The position numbers and the translations under genes were made by a program. From Paraspadella gotoi (lineage: Eukaryota; Animalia; Chaetognatha): 64,000 bases of DNA. This document shows positions 62,101-64,000 of the stretch, one piece after another. Position 1 is the first letter of the stretch, and each line of letters begins with the position of its first letter. The notes beneath the pieces were generated by a model that was given only the letters and a program-made list of their open reading frames with translations, ran no database searches and was not told the origin of the DNA. The DNA lies in contig CM119270.1 of assembly GCA_051294375.1 (NCBI GenBank), positions 14,792,046-14,856,045 on the forward strand, read 5' to 3'.

Positions 62101-62409
62101 TGGAATTCTCTTGCAGCGGTAGGTGTGCCTTAATAATTTCGAGCCTACTGCTTGTATATATACTCTGATTGTCAGGTCGGAATATGACGGAGTTTACGGG
62201 AATTTTGCAGGGTGGTGCTTATATAATTCGAGCCTCTGTGGGATAGTCATATACTTGATTGGCAGGGCGCAATGAGGAGTTTAGGGAATTTTTGCAGCGG
62301 TGCCGTGCTTATAATTCGAGCCTCTGTGTATATAACCTTATTGGCAGGGCGAAAATGACAGGAGTTAGGGAATTTTGCGCAGGGTGGTGCTTATAATTCG
62401 AGCCTCTGG
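59116..62409. repeat. Tandem array, unit about 77 bp, roughly 40 copies
   Basis: Consensus gcagggtggtgcttataattcgagcctctgtgtatatatacttgattggcagggcgaatgaggagttagggaatttt repeated head-to-tail with scattered indels. Confidence 0.95.
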
Positions 62410-62689
62410 TGGGAGACCGACGTTTAAAAAACTGAGGGAAGGCGTTCAAGTACAGGGAAAACAGCTTTAGACGAGACCCGATCGTAAACCTCTTGAAATA
62501 CGCTGAGAAACTATTGAGCAGTGTTCATCTCATTGGATCTCGCAAGGAGTTGATTTTGAACTGAAGNNNNNNNNNNNNNNNNNNNNNNNNNTTACTGGAG
62601 GTTGATGAGGATGGGATACTGCGCCTACGGGGCACGCAGGGAGTGTCTCAAGTAGGCCGTCGAATGGGGGAAATAAATGTATTAGAGAG

Positions 62690-63855
62690 ATAGAGAGAGA
62701 GAGAGAGAGAGAAGAGAATGAGAGAGAGAGAGAGAAGAGAGAGAGAGATAGAGAGGAGAAAATAAACTTGCAGCATGTTTCTGAGGAAATCAATCTGTTT
62801 ATTTGCAGTTTTTACGGTTCAAATTTCTTTTCATCGGATCTGCTTATCAGCAGAACCACTATAATCCACTTGTCGGTCCGTCGGTTCGAGTTTTAAAAAT
62901 GATGCGAATGAAAAATAATAATATTAAAAAATTATTTTGTTTGTACCATAGTACCAGTTCAGGTTTAATGTCTTGCAAAGCGATTAATGTATTGGTTCCA
63001 GCCACTGGTTTGGTATTTGTACGATCTGTTTAGGAGTCAATTGATCCAGTTTAGTGGGATCACAAATTGAAATTAAATTTACCGTGATTTATCATCTGAT
63101 TTAAGCTAATACCCGCTTAAGTTATTGTTAAGTTTTTAGATTTACAACAGGAAAAAAACTTGATCTCTTGATTTAAATCTCGTTAATCCCGACCTTCAAC
63201 GAGGGTCTATGCCAACCTCAAGCCATATTTTCAAGTACTAAGGTATATTAAAATTATAATATGTATAAATAGGATTATGTTTTTAAGAAATATATTATAT
63301 TTAAATACCTGTTTTTTGAAAAGTAAAATCCTATTTTAATATTATAAGTTATTTTAAAAAAGAAAGTCCAATTATATGTTTGAATAAATAATATAGATTA
63401 AAATACTAAATCCTTCATAAAAAATATTTAAATATTTAAGATAAGGAAAAATGAAAAAATATAGTGAAACAAAGTAATTTTTGCAAATTTGTCATACGTT
63501 ATAAAATAAAATAAAATTAAAATTAAAGCTTAATAAAAACCTTAGCTCCAAACTAAAAAAATTAACTTAAAAGATTTGTTCCAAGGGACGAATTCTTTTA
63601 CGAAAAAATAAAAAACCAATCGGTTTTTCTAATACAAACATTCCCTGCCACTCAATATTGAAATGAACAAAGAAACTCACCAAACTGGCGAACCACTTTG
63701 GTAGACCCTGGGGTCGTTTTTCTTCTTCTTTTTCCTTCCCACTCCCACGTTTTTGGGATTGACAGACTTTTGTCCGATTTTATAGAAGAGATAATTTATC
63801 ATCGTTGTGTCGCGTTTTTTAATATTATCTTTAGTTTATAAATTTTTTAATGCCA
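62690..63855 (+). repeat. Inverted copy of about 44740-45560 (region upstream of the RRM gene)
   Basis: 62803-62910 is the reverse complement of about 45380-45482. The copy diverges at aattttttaatgc, about 15 nt before the position of the RRM ATG. Confidence 0.85.
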
Positions 63856-64000
63856 CATTAGTAGCAGTCCAATAAGTTCACGTCTAGCTCGCACCAGCTC
63901 ACGCCTTTCGCTATGTCCTAATTAGGCCACTGTTTTCTGGCCTTTCTCGATCTTTCTCTATTCTCTCCTCTCATCTTGTTTAACTCATTACCTTCTTTTT

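Noticed and set aside
59116-62409. CRISPR-like array
   Set aside because: Units are contiguous with no unique spacers, no cas genes, and the context is eukaryotic.
59116-62409. Telomeric repeat
   Set aside because: Only one TTAGGG per 77-bp unit; no (TTAGGG)n run.
62410-62566. Coding fragment (AFKYRENSFRRDPIVNLLKYAEKLL) after the array
   Set aside because: Short, no start or splice context, ends at a gap, and is not mGluR TM7.

Overview
Eukaryotic (animal, probably invertebrate) genomic DNA from a noisy, gapped assembly, dominated by (GA/CT)n, (GAAA)n and (GAC)n low-complexity tracts. Almost every entry in the ORF track is a microsatellite or N-gap artefact, and the real genes are split into short spliced exons. 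(1) A class C GPCR of metabotropic glutamate receptor type lies on + as 8 recognisable exons (37146-58371): end of the Venus flytrap, an intact 9-Cys domain, TM1 and TM4-TM6. The TM2-TM3 and TM7 exons were not found. (2) Between its exons, on -, is a 3-exon gene (44723-43628) for a single-RRM, Gly/Tyr-rich RNA-binding protein. It unexpectedly begins with a classical-looking signal peptide, and its RRM has bacterial Rbp-like signatures. This is the most novel item. (3) A promoter-like block carries four CACGTGAC E-boxes spaced exactly 22 bp apart, upstream of a candidate signal-peptide/single-TM gene. (4) A cryptic minus-strand multi-exon gene of unknown family is present in three copies. About half of the window consists of kb-scale direct and fold-back duplications with indel-rich differences, most likely assembly or amplification artefacts. 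A ~77-bp tandem array fills 59.1-62.4 kb. All protein calls are manual translations; no database search was run.
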